This document shows positions 35,855 through 36,593 of a stretch of DNA of 36,593 nt, piece after piece (within the stretch, counting starts at the first letter, position 1; every line of letters begins with the position of its first letter). This stretch comes from a virus (Duplodnaviria; Caudoviricetes): positions 1 to 36,593 of IMG/VR virus record IMGVR_UViG_3300048839_001022; one strand, 5' to 3'. The translations under genes and the position numbers were made by a program. Under the pieces are notes generated by a model. It was not told the DNA's origin. It did no database searches and worked only from the letters and a program-made list of their open reading frames with translations.

Positions 35855-36593
35855 TTACACCACTATAATTGCAATTTTTGCACCCGATATAATCCACCTA
35901 CCATTTATAGTTGGAGGGGCAATATATGAGTCTGTAGGCGAAGGCGCTGAACCTACACCACCGCTTGCGATTACTGCTAATGGATCAATTGATTTGACAT
36001 GAGCGGCAATCTCAGAGTAATCGGCCATTTCATTAATCCCGTACACAATATTTGAAAATATCGATGATTTGATGAAATCTGTATCAATAGTATGTGACAC
36101 GTCTTTGCTTGTTATTGTTAGTTCAATATAGAGATCGTAATAGGTTGGCCTTGAAAACAAGATATCAATGGGAACACCATTGACTTGTGTAATTGTAACC
36201 GACTTTGCTGTTCCTGTAGGGCCTGTCGGGCCTGTCCCGTAGTACATTCCACAGCCAGCGTTTCTTTTCTTATTTATAATGTCCGCTATATCGTCTTCAT
36301 CACCACCGTCAACAATAGGCCAAATAGAGTGTGGCGGTATTCCGTTTGCGTCTGTCACCGAAGTGTTGTTTTCAAAAACAAGAGCGTAAAGAACCTCTTC
36401 AATGCCGAGTAGAGCACTTGTTAGTCCGTCAAGATATCCCGTTGAAGGGTTTGCTACCGATTGAGTCCTTCTAAATCTAAGCTGTGCATCTGTTTCCTCA
36501 TTCGCGCCTTGGATAATCGCTCCACTTGGGTTATTGGCTGTGAGAACCCCTAATGTCACGGTTTCGATGTTTGTAATGGTATCGTCAATGACT
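35855..36593 (-). CDS. baseplate J / Mu gp47-like protein, 5' end outside the window
   Basis: GANEETDAQLR.RR, ENNT..TDANGIPPHSI..IVDGG, FSRP. Confidence 0.88.
   Translation of the reverse strand, partial: VIDDTITNIETVTLGVLTANNPSGAIIQGANEETDAQLRFRRTQSVANPSTGYLDGLTSALLGIEEVLYALVFENNTSVTDANGIPPHSIWPIVDGGDEDDIADIINKKRNAGCGMYYGTGPTGPTGTAKSVTITQVNGVPIDILFSRPTYYDLYIELTITSKDVSHTIDTDFIKSSIFSNIVYGINEMADYSEIAAHVKSIDPLAVIASGGVGSAPSPTDSYIAPPTINGRWIISGAKIAIIVV

Overview
Most of a tailed dsDNA phage genome (Caudoviricetes, myovirus-type baseplate). It appears circularly permuted. The minus-strand packaging/head operon (ParB-like, Mom-like, TerS, PBSX TerL, HNH, DUF1073 portal, minor head, DUF2213 protease, decoration, DUF2184 capsid, neck) runs off the left edge, and the baseplate/tail-fibre operon enters from the right edge. 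The sheath, tube and tape-measure genes therefore lie outside the window. No integrase or repressor was recognised. Between the two arms lie small early genes, a TnpB-only IS200/IS605 element, a block of secreted hydrolases (GH5, SNase, zinc metalloprotease, papain-like protease) next to an amidase endolysin, a RuvC-like resolvase, a replication initiator with internal iterons and a Bet-like recombinase. The strongest finding is a complete 76-nt tRNA-Gly(UCC)-like cloverleaf with encoded CCA hidden inside the 3' coding end of the Mom-family DNA-modification gene. It keeps the glycine identity elements but lacks the D-loop GG and T-loop TTC, which suggests a dedicated non-ribosomal glycyl donor. 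Other findings: a probable virion glycosylation system (three glycosyltransferases, two methyltransferases, Gly-X-Thr repeats on three virion proteins), recurring promoter/anti-Shine-Dalgarno hairpins on cargo genes, and a probable ATT start codon. All family calls come from motif recognition by eye; no searches were run.
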